A stretch of 64,000 bases of DNA from Planctomycetota bacterium (GCA_038060895.1 JBBTCT010000009.1:400082-464081), one strand, 5' to 3'; positions 37,274 to 47,964 are shown, counted from the first letter of the stretch. Numbers and translations: made by a program. The notes: generated from the sequence alone by a model not told the origin.

Positions 37274-37941
37274 AGCGCTTCATGCCGCTCATGGCCGTCC
37301 TGGTTTCCGCCTGTGCGGTTCCTTCCAGGGAGCCCGATTATGACGCGGTGCGTCAAATGGTGCCGAAGGGAAAGCGTGCCGACGAGATCCGGGAACGCTT
37401 TCACGTCGGCCTTTACGGATCCTGGCAGGACGGTGAGCTTTCCGTCCTCGCGGGCGCGCTCGAGATGTTCCCCAACAAGGATCTTTCCGACCTCGAGTTC
37501 TACAGGATGCCCCGGGGTCCGGAGCGGGGCGGTCGATACGACCTCGGGCGCGTCACCGTACGCGAGCCGACGCTCGACGTCGTCCTCCACGAGCTGGGGC
37601 ACGCGGTCCATTCCCGCTGCCCGTCGCGGGGCCGGCTGGACGCCGACCTGCAGGCGGTGCTTCCGTTCGGGTCCTGGCACTCCGCGGCGTGCTGGGCCGA
37701 CGGCAGGTGCGACTCGCGAAACGGGTTCGTGTCGCCCTACGCGGCCATGAACATCGAAGAGTGCGTCGCGGAGTCCGTGGCGGCGGCGAAATTGTGGTCG
37801 CGACGCGGGCGCGGGGCGCTGGCGGAGACGGACTGGAGCGACGAACGCTTCGGGAGGGTCTTCGAGATCCTGGACCGGTACGGGCTGACCGATGCCGAAG
37901 ACCGGGCTGAAATCAGGAAGTCCGCCAGGCTGATGCGCTAG
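37270..37941 (+). CDS. Lipoprotein, putative zincin metallopeptidase
   Basis: Lipobox VSA-C; VLHELGHAVH plus SPYAAMNIEECVAES; ATGA coupling. Confidence 0.72.
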   Translation: MKRFMPLMAVLVSACAVPSREPDYDAVRQMVPKGKRADEIRERFHVGLYGSWQDGELSVLAGALEMFPNKDLSDLEFYRMPRGPERGGRYDLGRVTVREPTLDVVLHELGHAVHSRCPSRGRLDADLQAVLPFGSWHSAACWADGRCDSRNGFVSPYAAMNIEECVAESVAAAKLWSRRGRGALAETDWSDERFGRVFEILDRYGLTDAEDRAEIRKSARLMR

Positions 37942-38255
37942 CCCACGGCCGAGAAGGGCAGCTCCGCCAGGCGCGTCGCTTCCATCGCCATCTCCTTCAC
38001 TTCTTCCCAGAGCTCCCGGTCCTCGGGCTTGCCGAGCGCCAGGGCGCGGACCGCGACGCAGAGGGGACGGAGCCAGAGAATCGCCGAGCTGGCCCTTGCG
38101 GGGTTGGCGTCGCCCGCGGCGTCCTGGAGGCGCACGGTGAATTCGCGGACCGCGCTGGCTAGATCATGGCGGCGCTTGTCGAGCCGATCGCTGAGGCGGA
38201 ACAGAAGCGGGACGAGCTGGTCCCGGGCGAACGTGCGAGTCGTGACGTCCGGCAT
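37938..38255 (-). CDS. Hypothetical helical protein
   Basis: Short ORF convergent with the preceding gene; start uncertain (38255 or 38270). Confidence 0.45.
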   Translation of the reverse strand: MPDVTTRTFARDQLVPLLFRLSDRLDKRRHDLASAVREFTVRLQDAAGDANPARASSAILWLRPLCVAVRALALGKPEDRELWEEVKEMAMEATRLAELPFSAVG

Positions 38256-38335
38256 GGGAGCCGCTTTCACTGGAGTCCATCCACTTCTTCGGCTCGCGCA
38301 CGCAGACGACTTAAGTTGCGAGTTCCGGGTCCAAC

Positions 38336-38366
38336 AATAGAAAAGCCCCCCGCGAACGGGGGGCTT
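38336..38366 (-). terminator. Intrinsic terminator after the dodecin gene
   Basis: 10-bp stem AAGCCCCCCG/CGGGGGGCTT with a TTCG loop on the minus strand, ending in a T-run. Confidence 0.8.
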
Positions 38367-38382
38367 CCCGGGATGGCGATCC

Positions 38383-38583
38383 CTATTCGAGAACGAAGGT
38401 GACGTTCAGGTGAACGCGATACTCCTTGATCTTGTTCTTCTCAACCTTGATGTTCTGCCGGATCACTTCGATGCCGGTGATCCCGCGAAGCGTCTTCGCG
38501 GCGCGGTCGACGCCGGCATTGATCGCGTCTGCGAAACTCTTGTCTGAGGACGCCACCAGCTCGGTCACGCGGGCAATGGCCAT
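38383..38583 (-). CDS. Dodecin-family flavin-binding protein
   Basis: ELVASSDKSFADAI..GV.RA.KTLRGI...EYRVHLNVTFVLE. Confidence 0.9.
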   Translation of the reverse strand: MAIARVTELVASSDKSFADAINAGVDRAAKTLRGITGIEVIRQNIKVEKNKIKEYRVHLNVTFVLE

Positions 38584-38719
38584 GTCTCGGTCTCCTTGAC
38601 GGGGGGCGGAGAAGAAGTAGAACGGCAGAGCCTAATGGGGCGTTCGGGGTCGTCAAGGAATGCCGCCCTTCGGCCGCGCGGGATGGCCGTGTCGACCGAT
38701 TTCACAGGGAGAACCAGGG

Positions 38720-39634
38720 ATGAGAGTTGCCGTGACTGGCGCAACAGGGTTCGTGGGGAAGCACCTGTGCGCGATGCTGCAGGAACGAAAGCACGAGGTC
38801 GTCGCGTTGACGAGGGACGCTGCGAAGGCGCCGCGAGGGACACAGGCGAAGCAGTGGGATGGCAGGGACGCTGAAGCGCTGAAGGCCGCGACCGCGGGAT
38901 GCGACGCGATCGTGAACCTGGCCGGCGAAAACATCTTCGCGAAGAAGTGGGACGCTGATTTCCGGAAGACGATCCGCGCGAGCCGTATCGACTGCACGAA
39001 GGCCTGCGTGGAGGCCTGCAAAGCCGGCCCGAAGATCCTCGTGAACGCAAGCGCGACCGGTTACTACGGCCCTCGCGGCCCCGAAGTGTGCGACGAGGAA
39101 TCGATGGCGGACATGTGGAATTTCCTCAGCAGCGTCTGCCTGGAGTGGGAAGCGGAGGCGAAGAAGGCCGAAGCCGGTGGCGTGCGGGTCGTCCTGCTGC
39201 GCATCGGCGTCGTCCTCGGCCGTGACGGCGGAGCGATCCAGAAAATGCTCCCGCCGTTCCGTGCCGGCTTCGGCGGGCCGATCGGCAAGGGCGACCAGTT
39301 CCTCTCGTGGATCCACATCGACGACGTCTGCGGGATGGCTATTCGCGCGATCGAAGAGGCGGGCTGGAAGGGGCCGTTCAATGGCACGGCGCCGCACCCC
39401 GTGACGAACAAGGAATTCTCCAAGGTCCTGGCCAGGCTCCTCCGGCGGCCATCGCTCTTCGTGACACCTCCGTTCGTCATGAAGCTGATGCTGGGGGACG
39501 TCGCGGAACTGGTGACGACGGGGCAGAATGTCGTTCCGAAAAAGGCCCTTGCGGGCGGGTACGAGTACCGGTATCCGGCGCTCGAGGGGGCTCTTCGAAA
39601 CCTGCTCGACATCCCGGAGGCGAAGAGCGCCTGA
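38720..39634 (+). CDS. TIGR01777-family NAD-dependent epimerase/oxidoreductase (YfcH-like)
   Basis: VTGATGFVG, NLAGENI, ASATGYYG, LRIGVVLG, GDQFLSWIHIDD; ATG 38720. Confidence 0.9.
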   Translation: MRVAVTGATGFVGKHLCAMLQERKHEVVALTRDAAKAPRGTQAKQWDGRDAEALKAATAGCDAIVNLAGENIFAKKWDADFRKTIRASRIDCTKACVEACKAGPKILVNASATGYYGPRGPEVCDEESMADMWNFLSSVCLEWEAEAKKAEAGGVRVVLLRIGVVLGRDGGAIQKMLPPFRAGFGGPIGKGDQFLSWIHIDDVCGMAIRAIEEAGWKGPFNGTAPHPVTNKEFSKVLARLLRRPSLFVTPPFVMKLMLGDVAELVTTGQNVVPKKALAGGYEYRYPALEGALRNLLDIPEAKSA

Positions 39635-39684
39635 CGCAGCCGGTGATGGCCTGACCGATCCATTGGGACTATGCTTCGCGCGCC

Positions 39685-42033
39685 ATGTTACGCCGCCTTG
39701 CTCCCGGGGAGCACGAGTACGACCTGTGCATCATTGGCGCGGGTCCGGCAGGACTCACTGTTGCGGCCGAGCTTGCCTACAGCGGGCTGCGCGTGTGCGT
39801 GCTGGAGAGCGGCGAGGAAAAGCGTGGTCCCTTTGCCGATGCGCTGAAGGAGGTTCTCAATGAAGGGCTGGCCATCAAGCCGGAGTCGCGCGTGCGAGCG
39901 CTCGGAGGCGCTTCCCTGACGTGGAACGGCCGCTCGGCACGGCTCGACCCCATTGACTTCGAGTCGCGACCGTGGAGTCCGGGGTGGCCCTTCGGGCGGG
40001 AGGTCCTCGAGCCCCTGGAAGTGCGGGCCGGGGCGTACCGTTTTCCCGCCGTGGACGAATTCCTGCGCTCGGAGGGACCGGAGGGGGAGCCGCGGGGCTG
40101 GCGCCACCTGCAGGAGAAAGTGTTCGTGATGACGCTTCCCACGTACCGCTACGGCTCCCTGAAGTACCTGTTTGACCGTGCGGGGTTCGACCTGGCCATG
40201 GGGGCGACGGTCGTGCGCCTGGAGGTCGAGTCGGGCCGGGTGGTCAGCGCGGTGTGCCGGTCGGAGGGGGGCGCGGAGTCGCGAGTCAGGGCGAGGGCGT
40301 TCGTCCTGGCGGCGGGGGGCATCGAGAACCCGCGCTTGCTGTTGAATTCGAACCTCGGGAACGAGCACGACCAGGTGGGCCGGTACTTCATGAATCACAC
40401 CAAGTGCCACAGCGGGTACTGGTGCCTGTCCCGGCGTCTTCCCCTGCGAAGCCTGTACACGCCGCAGACGGAAGGACCGCGCATGAACTACCTGGGGCTG
40501 CGCCTGACGGAGGAATTCCAGCGCGCGCATGGGCTCCTGAACTCGTACGTGGGATTTGAGCCCAGGCTCGGGTTCGTGCAAAGGGTCGCGTGTGCACTGG
40601 GGCGGCGAATCCTGCCTCCCTCGACGGATCTGCTGCGATCGATGTCGAGGCCGCGAACGGTGCGACTGAGCTGGCATATCGACATGGAGCCGCAAGCGGA
40701 GAATCGCGTCGTGCTCGGCGAGAAGCGCGACGCATTCGGCATGCCCATGGCTTCCGTGCGCCACCGTTTGTCCTCGCGTGACATGGACACGATCCGGGCG
40801 CTGTGGAAAGAACTTGGGGACGATGTCGGGCGCAACGGACTCGGGCATCTGAGCGGCAGCCCGGAAGAGGTCATCGCCGACCTCACGATCGACGCGAGCC
40901 ATCACCTGGGCGCGACGCGGATGGGACGCGACCCGGTGACCTCCGTCGTGAATACGGACTGCCGGTTGCACACCGTGGAGAACCTGTTTGTCGCCGGCAG
41001 TTCGGTGTTTCCGACCGCAGGATGCGCCAACCCGACCATGACGATCGTCGCCCTCGCACTTCGGCTGGCGGACCACCTCGGTGAGTTGCTGGGAGCCAGG
41101 CGGGCGGAAACTGCCGCGCCGGGTGGGCGGAAGCGGATTGTCATCATCGGCGCCGGGCGGCGCGTTTCGGAAGACGTCGTGCCTGCGCTGGAGTCGCTGG
41201 GTGACGCATTCGAGATCACGGGACTGTACGCCCGCTCGCCCGGCGCCGTTTTCGGGAGACGCCGCCGCTACGACGTACGGCCGCTTCAGGAATCCACGGC
41301 AAATCTCAAAGAAGCCGACTTCGTTTACCTGGCGGTGCCGCGCGGTGCGGTCGTGAAGGCGCTGAAGAACCTGGCGCCGACTCCCCGGGCGGAGCTGGTG
41401 ATCGACACTCCGACGCCCCTCTCACGGGACTTCCTGCAGGCGCTTCGCAGGTTTCGGAAGGTCCACGTCGCCGAGGACAGCGCCTGCCTTCCGTGGCTGG
41501 ACGCCGTCCGCGCCTGGTACGGGAAGAAGAGCCAGGCGGGGCCGCGCGAGATCGACTGCGACCGTTCGGTTTTTCGCTACCACGGCATTGCGCTCCTCAA
41601 GGTTCTCGCCGGAACTCCGGGCGCGCCCGCGCGGGTCCGGTCCGGCAGGCGGAGGGGCCGCGTTCTGCGCCTTCGTGTGGGCGACGCGCGCGCCCGAATC
41701 GTCCAGGACCGCGACTACGCGAAAGGGAAGCTCACTCTGGACGGAAGTGAGATCCGGCTGCTGTGCGCGGGCGAGTCCTGCACGGGTTTCGAAATCGAGG
41801 GGACGCAGTCATCGCTGACCCCGGACGAATCCATCCTTATGGGCGGCGTCCTTCCGGGCGACACCGTCGTCACCCGCATGCTCCACCTCAAGCGCGTCGG
41901 CCTGGCACGCATGCTCGCCATGGCCGCCCGGGGCGAGGATCCCTGGCCCCTCGCCGAAGGAATCAATGATGCACGCGTGGACCACATGCTCCAGCGCTTC
42001 CGCATTTTCCTGCGCCTGGGAACATCCCGCTGA
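39685..42033 (+). CDS. GMC-family FAD oxidoreductase fused to a C-terminal Rossmann (Gfo/Idh/MocA-like) domain
   Basis: IIGAGPAG, LAAGGIENPRLLL, HHLGATRMG, GSSVFPTAGCANPTMTI; second domain IVIIGAGRR. Confidence 0.8.
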   Translation: MLRRLAPGEHEYDLCIIGAGPAGLTVAAELAYSGLRVCVLESGEEKRGPFADALKEVLNEGLAIKPESRVRALGGASLTWNGRSARLDPIDFESRPWSPGWPFGREVLEPLEVRAGAYRFPAVDEFLRSEGPEGEPRGWRHLQEKVFVMTLPTYRYGSLKYLFDRAGFDLAMGATVVRLEVESGRVVSAVCRSEGGAESRVRARAFVLAAGGIENPRLLLNSNLGNEHDQVGRYFMNHTKCHSGYWCLSRRLPLRSLYTPQTEGPRMNYLGLRLTEEFQRAHGLLNSYVGFEPRLGFVQRVACALGRRILPPSTDLLRSMSRPRTVRLSWHIDMEPQAENRVVLGEKRDAFGMPMASVRHRLSSRDMDTIRALWKELGDDVGRNGLGHLSGSPEEVIADLTIDASHHLGATRMGRDPVTSVVNTDCRLHTVENLFVAGSSVFPTAGCANPTMTIVALALRLADHLGELLGARRAETAAPGGRKRIVIIGAGRRVSEDVVPALESLGDAFEITGLYARSPGAVFGRRRRYDVRPLQESTANLKEADFVYLAVPRGAVVKALKNLAPTPRAELVIDTPTPLSRDFLQALRRFRKVHVAEDSACLPWLDAVRAWYGKKSQAGPREIDCDRSVFRYHGIALLKVLAGTPGAPARVRSGRRRGRVLRLRVGDARARIVQDRDYAKGKLTLDGSEIRLLCAGESCTGFEIEGTQSSLTPDESILMGGVLPGDTVVTRMLHLKRVGLARMLAMAARGEDPWPLAEGINDARVDHMLQRFRIFLRLGTSR

Positions 42034-42091
42034 TCTGGCGGCCCCGCTGGTTTTTTGCGCGAGCCCGGGGGTTCGACTTAGGATAGCCAGA

Positions 42092-42775
42092 ATGGCGAAG
42101 CGAGGGCTGCTGCATCGGCTGGGCTGTCTCTTGAGGAACCAGACTCTCCTGCGCATCCTGATGGACGAGGGCCTGGCGCTCGAGACGGTCAAGGGCCGCA
42201 CCATCGACATTGGCGGCGGACGGCACCAGACCTACCTGGGATACCTGCGGTTGGAGGAGGACGCGAAGATCGAGGCGGTGGACGCCTCGATTTCCAGCAT
42301 CGATTTCGAGAAGGACCGCCTTCCCTATGACGATGCCTCCATCGATTCCGAACTCTGCTGCAACGTCCTCGAACACATCTACAACCACCGTCACCTCCTG
42401 CGAGAAATGCACCGGATCCTCAAGCCGGGCGGAGCCCTGGTCGGTTTCGTTCCCTTCCTCTACGTCTATCACCCGGATCCCCAGGATTACTTCCGGTACA
42501 CCAGCACCGCGCTCGTGCGGCTCCTCGAGGACACGGGATTCAAGGAAGCGACGGCCCGCGGCATCGGCGGCGGACCTTTTCTCCTGAACTTCAATACGCT
42601 CGCGCCATCGCTTCCGCGGTTTCTCCGCGCCCTGGCCTTTCCCTGGTACGCACTGCTCGACTGGGTCTTCCTCCTCCTGCGGCCGCGCGCCCGGATCCGG
42701 TATCCGCTCGGGTACATCTTTTCTGCGCGTGCCGGCGCCGCGCCAAACGGTCCCCAGGTTCCCGAGGGGCGATGA
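42092..42775 (+). CDS. SAM-dependent methyltransferase (Methyltransf_11)
   Basis: IDIGGG, LPYDDASID, NVLEHI, VPFLYVYHPDPQDYFRYT; ATG 42092. Confidence 0.85.
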   Translation: MAKRGLLHRLGCLLRNQTLLRILMDEGLALETVKGRTIDIGGGRHQTYLGYLRLEEDAKIEAVDASISSIDFEKDRLPYDDASIDSELCCNVLEHIYNHRHLLREMHRILKPGGALVGFVPFLYVYHPDPQDYFRYTSTALVRLLEDTGFKEATARGIGGGPFLLNFNTLAPSLPRFLRALAFPWYALLDWVFLLLRPRARIRYPLGYIFSARAGAAPNGPQVPEGR

Positions 42776-45700
42776 GCGACGTCGTCGCCGGCGATGATTC
42801 CCGCCAGGATCCGCCCCGCGACCCTTCTCCCGAAGCGCACGCAGAGACGCTCAGGCCGCCTGCCGCGCCGGGCGATGCTCATACGGGGACCTCAGCTTCC
42901 GATTCCGCCCTCCTGCGCGCGATCGCGCCTCCGCTTTCGCCGGAGGCCGCGGCCGCGCCTCCCTCGTCCCGATTCGGCAAGTTCGTCCGTGTCCGCAAGC
43001 TCGGTCAGGGCGGCATGGGCGAAGTCTGGCAGGCGTGGGATATCCCGCTCGGGCGCTGGGTCGCCCTCAAATTCCTCACGGGAGGCGACGAGACCGAAAT
43101 CGCCCGCTTCACGCAGGAAGCTCACGTGGCCGGCAAGCTCTCGCACCCGAACATCACCGCGGTTTACGAGGTCGGGGAAGCGCAGGGGCGGCACTTCATC
43201 TCGATGCAGTACATCGATGGAGCCACGGCGGCGAAGCTGCCGCGGGGTGACCGGCGGCTGATCGCGAGGCTGATCCGCGACGCGGCGCGCGGAGTCGAGG
43301 AAGCGCACCGGGCTGGCGTCGTGCACCGGGACCTGAAGCCGGAAAATCTCCTGGTGCGGGGGCGGAGGGCGGGCGGCAGCGGCGTGGACGAGCCGCACGT
43401 CTTCGTGACGGACTTCGGCCTCGCGCGGCGGACCGAGGGCGTCAGCGGGCTCTCGATGAGCGGCGCCATCATCGGGACTCCGTCGTACATGGCGCCGGAG
43501 CAGTCGCGCGGGGAACGCGTCGGCCCGGTCGCCGACGTCTACTCGCTGGGCGCGACGCTGTACGCGCTCCTGACGGGTGAGGCACCCTTCAGCGGCGCTT
43601 CCATTTTCGAGCTGATCAAGGCCCTTCAGGAGCAGGAAGCCCCTTCCATGCGCGCGAAGTTCCCCGCGATCGAGCGCGACCTCGACACGATCGTTCTCAA
43701 GTGCCTGGAGAAGGACCCGGCGCGCCGTTACGCCTCGGCCGCCGACCTCGCCGACGACCTCGAGCGCTTCCTCCAGGGCGAGCCGATCGCCGCGCGTCCC
43801 GCGAGCCTCGTTTATCGCGTGCGCAGGAACGTCTGGAAGCGGCGCGCGATCCTGACGGTCGCGCTCCTGGGCCTCTGCGGCGTCGCGGCGACGCTGGCCG
43901 CGGTGGTGCCTCCGCTGATCCGCGAGAGCCGGGCGCGGGCGGCGAAGGATCGCGAGGTCAAACTGTGGGCGGCGCTGGCAGGGACGCTGAGCGAGGCGGA
44001 GCTGTTGCGGCGGGCGGGAGCGGCGGAGCAGGCGAAGGCGAAGCTGGAAGAAGGGATCTCGACCTGCCGCGCATTCCTGGCGAGGGAGGAACTTCCGATC
44101 GCGCATTATTTTCTCGGGCGGATTGAGGCGACGCTGGGTCGAAACGGGGAAGCGCGTGTCGAGTTCGACCGCGCGCTCGCGCTGGACCCGGCGCTGGGCG
44201 AAGCGCGCCTCGCGCGCGGCGTCCTCCAGGCGCGCGAACTGCTCGGGGAGACTTCGCGTGCCCGCCGCGCCGAGCTCGTCGCGCATGGGCGTCACTCGAA
44301 GTTCGACATGGACGCCATGGTCCGCGGCCGGCCCGACCTGGTGGCCCTGGTCGGTCGCGCCGAGGCGGACCTGTCGGCGCCCGTGGGCCAGAGTTCCTAT
44401 TTCCGGGAATCGGATCGCGAACTCGGGTTGGCGCTCCTCGCGTTCGCGCGACGGCACGAAAAGGATGCCCGCGACCTTCTCGACCGCTGCCTCCAGCGCG
44501 ATCCCGCCAACATCGAGGCCGGCGTCGCGCTCTTCCAGATGCTCGAACAGGCAAGCGAGTGGGACGAAGCGATCCGCGTGGCGCTCTCGGTATCCCAGCA
44601 GGACCGGACGCAGACGACGGCGCTCGCGACCGTCATCTACTCATGCCACTGGCTTGTCTACTACAACCCCGACGTTCCCGCGAACGATGCTCGGCGCAAG
44701 CGCCAGATCGAAGCCGCGGAGGAGCTGAAGCGGCGCGGGCCGCTCGATCTCACGGGCCGCGGTGTGATCGGATTCGCGCTCTCCGACGCCGGGGACTACC
44801 GCGGCGCGCTGGCCGAATTCGAAGCGATCGTGGCGGCCCGGCCGGAGGACCCTGACGCCCTGACGCAGCGTGGAACCGTCCGCCTCCACCTCGGTGAGCC
44901 GGCCGCCGCCATTGAGGACTTCGACCGTTCGATCACGCTTCAACCCGACAACTGCATGAGCTGGTACAACCGCGGATCTGCGAAGCGGCTGCAGGGGAAG
45001 CCGCGCGAGGCAATCGCCGACTTCACGCAGTGCCTGGTCCTGATTCCCGGCTGGGACATTGCGCTGACTTCGCGAGGTCTCTGCCATGCGGCGCTCGGCG
45101 ACATCGACGCAGCGATCGCGGACTACACCGCGGCGATCGAGTCGGGGCCGGAACGCGCCACGCCGCTCACGAACCGTGCGGCCGAGCTCTTTCAGCGTGG
45201 CCATGAGAAGGAAGCGCTGGCCGACCTCGACCGGGCCATTGAGCTTCGTCCCGGCTACTACAACGCCTGGTGGGGGCGCGGCGAAATGAAGTGGAAGAGG
45301 CAGGATCTCGAGGGCGCGGAAGCGGACCTTACGAAGGCGCTCGAGATCCGGCCCGACGCCGTTGAGCCGCATCTGTTCCGCGGTTTCTCCCGTATTGAAC
45401 TCGGCAAGGCCGACGCCGCTCTGGAAGACCTGGAGTTCGTCCTCGCAAAGAACTTCCGGCCTGGGCCCGCCTGGTTCGGCGTCGGAAACGCGAAAATCCA
45501 GAAGAAGGACCGGACCGGCGCGATGGAGGCCTTCCGCAAGGCCACCGAGTTCGATCCCGCCAACAACGACGCCTGGAGAAACCTGGGCCAGGCCCTCATG
45601 GAATTGCTCCGCTTCTCCGACGCCCTCGAAGCATTTTCCGAAGTCATCCGGCGCGAGCCCGCCGCGTTTGAGTCATTCGCGAGTCGCGCGTTCTGCCGGC

Positions 45701-45837
45701 AGTCCGTGAAAGACTGGAAGGGCGCCGAGGAGGACTACCTGAAGGCTCTCGAACTGTCGCCGAAGGACTGGGAGGGCCGCGCGAACGTCGAGCTGCGACT
45801 GAAGTACGTGCGTGGAAAGCTCAAACTTAAGAAGTAA
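42772..45837 (+). CDS. Ser/Thr kinase with TM helix and a long C-terminal TPR array
   Basis: LGQGGMGEVW, HRDLKPENLL, DFGLAR, GTPSYMAPEQ; repeated AIADF/Y..AIEL.P TPRs. Confidence 0.92.
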   Translation: MSDVVAGDDSRQDPPRDPSPEAHAETLRPPAAPGDAHTGTSASDSALLRAIAPPLSPEAAAAPPSSRFGKFVRVRKLGQGGMGEVWQAWDIPLGRWVALKFLTGGDETEIARFTQEAHVAGKLSHPNITAVYEVGEAQGRHFISMQYIDGATAAKLPRGDRRLIARLIRDAARGVEEAHRAGVVHRDLKPENLLVRGRRAGGSGVDEPHVFVTDFGLARRTEGVSGLSMSGAIIGTPSYMAPEQSRGERVGPVADVYSLGATLYALLTGEAPFSGASIFELIKALQEQEAPSMRAKFPAIERDLDTIVLKCLEKDPARRYASAADLADDLERFLQGEPIAARPASLVYRVRRNVWKRRAILTVALLGLCGVAATLAAVVPPLIRESRARAAKDREVKLWAALAGTLSEAELLRRAGAAEQAKAKLEEGISTCRAFLAREELPIAHYFLGRIEATLGRNGEARVEFDRALALDPALGEARLARGVLQARELLGETSRARRAELVAHGRHSKFDMDAMVRGRPDLVALVGRAEADLSAPVGQSSYFRESDRELGLALLAFARRHEKDARDLLDRCLQRDPANIEAGVALFQMLEQASEWDEAIRVALSVSQQDRTQTTALATVIYSCHWLVYYNPDVPANDARRKRQIEAAEELKRRGPLDLTGRGVIGFALSDAGDYRGALAEFEAIVAARPEDPDALTQRGTVRLHLGEPAAAIEDFDRSITLQPDNCMSWYNRGSAKRLQGKPREAIADFTQCLVLIPGWDIALTSRGLCHAALGDIDAAIADYTAAIESGPERATPLTNRAAELFQRGHEKEALADLDRAIELRPGYYNAWWGRGEMKWKRQDLEGAEADLTKALEIRPDAVEPHLFRGFSRIELGKADAALEDLEFVLAKNFRPGPAWFGVGNAKIQKKDRTGAMEAFRKATEFDPANNDAWRNLGQALMELLRFSDALEAFSEVIRREPAAFESFASRAFCRQSVKDWKGAEEDYLKALELSPKDWEGRANVELRLKYVRGKLKLKK

Positions 45838-45892
45838 CGCCCCCGCCGCGCGCAACGTAGACTTCCTGCAGGTCATTTGATTAGATCGCCCC

Positions 45893-47431
45893 ATGAGCGA
45901 ACTCATTGCCGTCCTCGACTTCGGCGCCCAGTACGTTCAGCTCATCGCGCGCCGCGTCCGGGAGCTCAACGTCTACTGCGAGATCTTTCCGTTCTACACG
46001 AGCGTGGAAGCGCTGCTCGCGAAAAAGCCCAAGGGGATCATCCTCAGCGGCGGCCCGATGAGCGTTTACGCCGAGGGCGCGCCGAAGGTGGACGCGAAAC
46101 TTTTCAAGGCCGGGATTCCCGTCCTCGGGATCTGCTACGGGATGCAGCTCGGCTGCGACCTGCTTGGCGGAGCCGTCAAAGGCGCCCCAGCGCGCGAGTA
46201 TGGAGCGACCAAACTCCAGGTCACCGCGCCGGAAAAGCTGTTCGACGGCCTCCCGGCCGAACTCGACGTCTGGAACTCACACGGCGACTCCGTGCAGAGC
46301 CTCTCCTCCGACTTCATTCCGCTCGCCAAGACCCAGAACTCACCGTTCGCGGCCGTGAAACACAAGTCGCTTCCGTTCTACGGCGTCCAGTTCCACCCGG
46401 AAGTCGCGCACACGCCGCTCGGGACCGAGATCCTCTCGAACTTCCTCTACAAAGTCTGCGGCTGCGAAGGGAAGTGGCGCGTCGCGGACTTCATCGAGGA
46501 ACAGACGGCGCTTCTCCGCCGCGACATCGGCGACAAGGGGGTCGTCTGCGGCCTTTCCGGCGGAGTGGACTCCAGCGTCGTCGCGCTTCTCCTGCACCGC
46601 GCCATCGGCAAACAGCTAACCTGTATTTTCGTCGATAACGGCCTCCTCCGGAAAGGCGAGTACGAGCAGGTCGTCCAGGCCTTTCGCGACCATTTCAAAA
46701 TCAACCTGCGCGGGGTCGACGCGAAGAAGCGCTTCCTCGACGGCCTGAAAGGCGTGACCGACCCTGAGGAAAAGCGCAAGCGGATCGGGCACATGTTCAT
46801 CGACGTCTTCCAGGACGAAGCGAAGACGCTGAAGGGGATCGAGTTCCTGGCGCAGGGGACGCTTTACCCGGACGTGATCGAGAGCGTGAGCTCGTTCGGC
46901 GGGCCGACGGCGAAGATCAAGAGCCACCACAATGTGGGCGGGTTGCCCGAGAAACTCGGCTTCAAGCTGATCGAGCCGCTGCGCGCGATGTTCAAGGACG
47001 AGGTGCGGAAGCTCGGCGCGGCGCTCGGGCTTCCCGACGCGATCCTGTGGCGGCAGCCGTTCCCCGGTCCCGGCCTGGCGGTGAGGTGCCTGGGTGAGAT
47101 CACAGAAGAGCGGCTGCGCACTCTCCGAGACGCCGACGCAATCGTCACGAGCGAAATCGAAGCTGCGGACCTCGCGCGCGGGCTCTGGCAGTACTTCGCT
47201 GCCCTCCTTCCGGTCCGCAGCGTCGGCGTCATGGGCGACGAGCGCACCTACCAGGAGTGCATCGCGATCCGCTGCGTCACTTCCAGCGACGGCATGACCG
47301 CCGACTGGGCGCGCCTTCCGCACGAGGTTCTCGCCCGCATTTCGAACCGCATCGTGAACGAAGTGAAGGGCGTGAACCGCGCGGTCTACGACGTGTCTAG
47401 CAAGCCGCCCGGGACCATTGAATGGGAGTAG
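45893..47431 (+). CDS. guaA: GMP synthase (glutamine-hydrolysing)
   Basis: [48 protein letters not shown]. Confidence 0.98.
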   Translation: MSELIAVLDFGAQYVQLIARRVRELNVYCEIFPFYTSVEALLAKKPKGIILSGGPMSVYAEGAPKVDAKLFKAGIPVLGICYGMQLGCDLLGGAVKGAPAREYGATKLQVTAPEKLFDGLPAELDVWNSHGDSVQSLSSDFIPLAKTQNSPFAAVKHKSLPFYGVQFHPEVAHTPLGTEILSNFLYKVCGCEGKWRVADFIEEQTALLRRDIGDKGVVCGLSGGVDSSVVALLLHRAIGKQLTCIFVDNGLLRKGEYEQVVQAFRDHFKINLRGVDAKKRFLDGLKGVTDPEEKRKRIGHMFIDVFQDEAKTLKGIEFLAQGTLYPDVIESVSSFGGPTAKIKSHHNVGGLPEKLGFKLIEPLRAMFKDEVRKLGAALGLPDAILWRQPFPGPGLAVRCLGEITEERLRTLRDADAIVTSEIEAADLARGLWQYFAALLPVRSVGVMGDERTYQECIAIRCVTSSDGMTADWARLPHEVLARISNRIVNEVKGVNRAVYDVSSKPPGTIEWE

Positions 47432-47964
47432 GCGAGGCGGGCCGAGACGTGACGTTCCGACCGCCCGACTTCCTGCGTACCGTCATCCTTGGAAATGGAG
47501 GCTCCGGCAAGAGCTGGCTGTCGGAGCAACTGGCGGGATTGGTGGGCGCCGCAGTCACGGACCTGGACCTGATTCACTGGGTGCCGGGCGGGTACGACAC
47601 GCGGCGCGACCCGGCGACCGCGGTCGCCATGGTGCGCGATCTCGCGGCCGGCGACCGGTGGATCATCGAAGGCGTCTACGGCTGGCTGGCGCAGGAGGCG
47701 ATCCCGCGGGCATCGGCTCTCATCTTCCTGGACATCCCCGACGACCAATGCGTCGCCAACGTCAAGTCCCGGGGCCTGCGGCGCGGCGGCGACGAGACCG
47801 CGCTGGCCGATCTGGTCCAGTGGGTCTCCGAGTACAGGGTTCGCCGCAATGCGAATTCTTTCTCCGCGCACGAGCAATTGTTCGAGACGTTTGCGCGATT
47901 GAAGTGCAGGTTGAAGTCGCGGGAGGACATGGGGGCGCTCCTGCGCCGCCTCGCTTGCGGATGA
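47422..47964 (+). CDS. Adenylate-kinase-like P-loop protein (FlaR/topology modulation family)
   Basis: [28 protein letters not shown]; start uncertain. Confidence 0.75.
   Translation: MGVGEAGRDVTFRPPDFLRTVILGNGGSGKSWLSEQLAGLVGAAVTDLDLIHWVPGGYDTRRDPATAVAMVRDLAAGDRWIIEGVYGWLAQEAIPRASALIFLDIPDDQCVANVKSRGLRRGGDETALADLVQWVSEYRVRRNANSFSAHEQLFETFARLKCRLKSREDMGALLRRLACG

Noticed and set aside
36080-45893. guaB and guaA separated by about 10 kb as an inserted island
   Set aside because: No boundary repeats, integrase or clear compositional shift; cannot be supported without comparative genomes
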